From a virus: a stretch of DNA of 5,052 nt. Positions 3,507 through 5,052 of this stretch are shown piece after piece. The position numbers and the translations under genes were made by a program. Each line of letters begins with the position of its first letter. Within the stretch, counting starts at the first letter, position 1. The DNA lies in the IMG/VR virus record IMGVR_UViG_3300029179_000122, positions 1 through 5,052 of that record; one strand, 5' to 3'. The notes below the pieces were generated by a model. It made no database searches, was not told the DNA's origin, and saw only the letters and a program-made list of their open reading frames with translations.

Positions 3507-5052
3507 ATGCATTTAAAGACAGATACTTCGAGAGAAGCGCATTTTGCTAGGGTTCCTACTATTTCTAGATCTCGTAATGCTTTTTCTATTGCTAAGAAGC
3601 ATATTACTACTATGCAGTTTGATAATTTAGTTCCTTTGTATGTTAAGTATATGCAGCCTGGTGATACGTTAAGTATTTCTGCTGGTTTTATGGCTCGTTT
3701 GGCTACTCAGATTTCTGTGTTGTATGATGATTTGTATTTTGATGCTCATGCTTGGTTTGTTCCTCATCGTTTGATTCAAACTAATTGGGCTCGTTATCAG
3801 TTTAACGCTCAGCCTGGTGGTCCTTCTCAGGATAATAGTGCTTTGACGAGTCCTAAGATTGATTTAACTGGTTTAACATCTGGTTTTGCTGCAAAGTCTT
3901 TTTATGATTATATTGGTATTCGTCCTGCTACTGCTAGTTTGGCGGCATCTACTCAGCATATTAATAATTATGCTGGTCGGGCTTATAATTTGATTTTTAA
4001 CGATAATTATCGTGATCAGAATTTGCAGTCTCCTCGTGTTGTGGATTTGGATGATGGTCCTGATGCTCCGTCTGACTATGCTACTTTGGCTAATCGCGGT
4101 AAGCGTCATGATAAGTTTACTAGTGCTTTGACTGCTCAACAGAAGGGTTCTCCTGTTTCTATTTCGTTGGGTAGTACCGCTCCTGTTGTTTCTACTGGTA
4201 CTTTTCGGATGTCTAGTAATCCTGCTAGTTTTACTCGTGATATTGAGACTGGTGCTGATTCTTTAGGTCTTCGGATTGATGGTACTGCTACTGGTGTTGG
4301 TATTGCATTACAGTATGCTTCGGGATTGGCTACTGATTTAGCTTCTGCTACTTCTATTACTATTAATGCTCTTCGGACATCTGTTGCTATTCAGCATTTG
4401 TTAGAGGCTGATTCTCGTGGTGGTACTCGTGATGTTGAGGCTATTCAGCATCGTTATGGTGTTACTGTTCCTGATTTTCGGCTTAATCGTCCTGAGTATT
4501 TGGGTGGTATGACTTGGACTTTTGATGGTCATGTTGTTCCTCAGACTTCAGAGACTGATAATACTCCTCAGGCTACTTTGGCTCAATTTTCTCAAGCTCT
4601 TAATTTTATGGATATTAATCATAGTTTTGTTGAGCATGGTGTTTTTATGATTTTGGTTTCGGCTCGTAGTAATATTACTTATCAATGTGGTTTGCCGAAA
4701 GAGTTTTCTTATCGTACTCGTTTTGATTGGTACCAGCCTGAGTTTTCTAATATTGGTGAAGTTGCTATTAAGAATAAGGAAATTTATTTTACTAATAATG
4801 ATACTAATAATGAGGCGACTTTTGGTTTTCAAGAGTATGGTTATGAGTTGCGGTTTGATGATAATATGGTGACTTCAGAGATGCGGTCAGATTTTCCGAC
4901 GTCTCGAGATTATTTGCATATGGCTGATGATTATTCGTCTTTGCCTACTTTGTCGGCTGGTTGGATTCAGAGTAATACTCCTATTTCTCGTAATATTAAC
5001 GTTTCGGCTGCTGTTGCCGATCCTATTGAGATGAGTTGTTTTATTAAGGGTA
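3507..5052 (+). CDS. VP1: VP1 major capsid protein (F-like); 3'-partial in the window, wraps to 1..152 for 532 aa in total
   Basis: AGGAGG at 3497-3502 lies 4 nt before ATG 3507. My hand translation is open from 3507 to the window end and continues across the overlap to TGA 150-152. Recognised Microviridae capsid motifs: SRSRNAFS...QFDNLVPLYVKYMQPGDT, WFVPHRL, INALRTSVAIQHLLEADSRGGTR..EAIQHRYGVTVPDFRLNRPEYLGG, ATFGFQEYGYELRF. The ~530-aa length and a large S/T/G/A-rich insertion are Gokushovirinae-like. Missing from the ORF track because it has no in-window stop. Confidence 0.95.
   Translation, partial: MHLKTDTSREAHFARVPTISRSRNAFSIAKKHITTMQFDNLVPLYVKYMQPGDTLSISAGFMARLATQISVLYDDLYFDAHAWFVPHRLIQTNWARYQFNAQPGGPSQDNSALTSPKIDLTGLTSGFAAKSFYDYIGIRPATASLAASTQHINNYAGRAYNLIFNDNYRDQNLQSPRVVDLDDGPDAPSDYATLANRGKRHDKFTSALTAQQKGSPVSISLGSTAPVVSTGTFRMSSNPASFTRDIETGADSLGLRIDGTATGVGIALQYASGLATDLASATSITINALRTSVAIQHLLEADSRGGTRDVEAIQHRYGVTVPDFRLNRPEYLGGMTWTFDGHVVPQTSETDNTPQATLAQFSQALNFMDINHSFVEHGVFMILVSARSNITYQCGLPKEFSYRTRFDWYQPEFSNIGEVAIKNKEIYFTNNDTNNEATFGFQEYGYELRFDDNMVTSEMRSDFPTSRDYLHMADDYSSLPTLSAGWIQSNTPISRNINVSAAVADPIEMSCFIKG
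4954..5052. repeat. Terminal redundancy: exact copy of 1-99
   Basis: Identical to 1-99 over all 99 positions. It lies inside the VP1 coding sequence. Confidence 0.95.

Noticed and set aside
14-4832. All ten minus-strand ORFs in the track (14-337, 668-1141, 1090-1356, 1320-1586, 1979-2209, 2500-2856, 2813-2995, 3211-3408, 3873-4139, 4548-4832)
   Set aside because: Each lies antisense to a well-supported + strand gene or to the non-coding island. Their translations are low-complexity I/L/T/N/K/S/R strings, as expected from reading the A-rich complement of a T-rich coding strand. None has an RBS I could see, and Microviridae genomes are transcribed from one strand only.
1-5052. Searched by eye for tRNA/rRNA genes, CRISPR repeats, integrase/transposase genes, toxin-antitoxin pairs and defence or anti-defence cassettes
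   Set aside because: None found. The coding capacity is fully accounted for by the microvirus core genes plus one small ORF, and the only non-terminal repeats are the short ones listed at 1265-1288 and 1362-1390.

Overview
The window is a complete, circularly permuted ssDNA phage genome of the family Microviridae, Gokushovirinae-like. This assignment comes from motifs I recognise in my own translations, not from a search. Bases 1-99 are identical to 4954-5052, so the unit genome is 4,953 nt and the contig over-runs the circle. All supported genes are on the + strand and tightly packed, with AGGAGG-type ribosome-binding sites and two ATGA stop/start overlaps. They are: VP4 rolling-circle replication initiator (2479-3498); VP1 major capsid (3507-5052, continuing across the junction into 1-152, and absent from the supplied ORF track because it has no stop inside the window); VP2 pilot/minor capsid (149-781); VP3 internal scaffold (791-1309); a 67-aa basic hypothetical protein (1611-1814); a VP5-like protein (1811-2212); and a 37-aa Arg/Lys-rich J/ORF8-like DNA-binding peptide (2281-2394, below the ORF-track size cutoff). 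Two intrinsic terminators (1462-1492 and 2400-2425) divide the circle into two apparent transcription units. The unusual part is the ~300-nt gap between VP3 and the next gene. It holds a CG-rich island (~1250-1460, about two-thirds G+C by hand count against a T-rich genome) with period-3 repeats, and an alternative frame there encodes a 73-aa ORF that is one third arginine, including R9. It also has A7/T7 runs at the VP3 stop with both alternative frames open, and a 40-nt stem-loop (1501-1540) carrying the exact nonanucleotide TAATATTAC at the loop/stem junction, which is the layout of CRESS-DNA/geminivirus origins rather than the phiX174-type origin. No lysis gene, integrase, tRNA, CRISPR array or mobile element is recognisable. 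Minus-strand ORFs in the track look like antisense artefacts.
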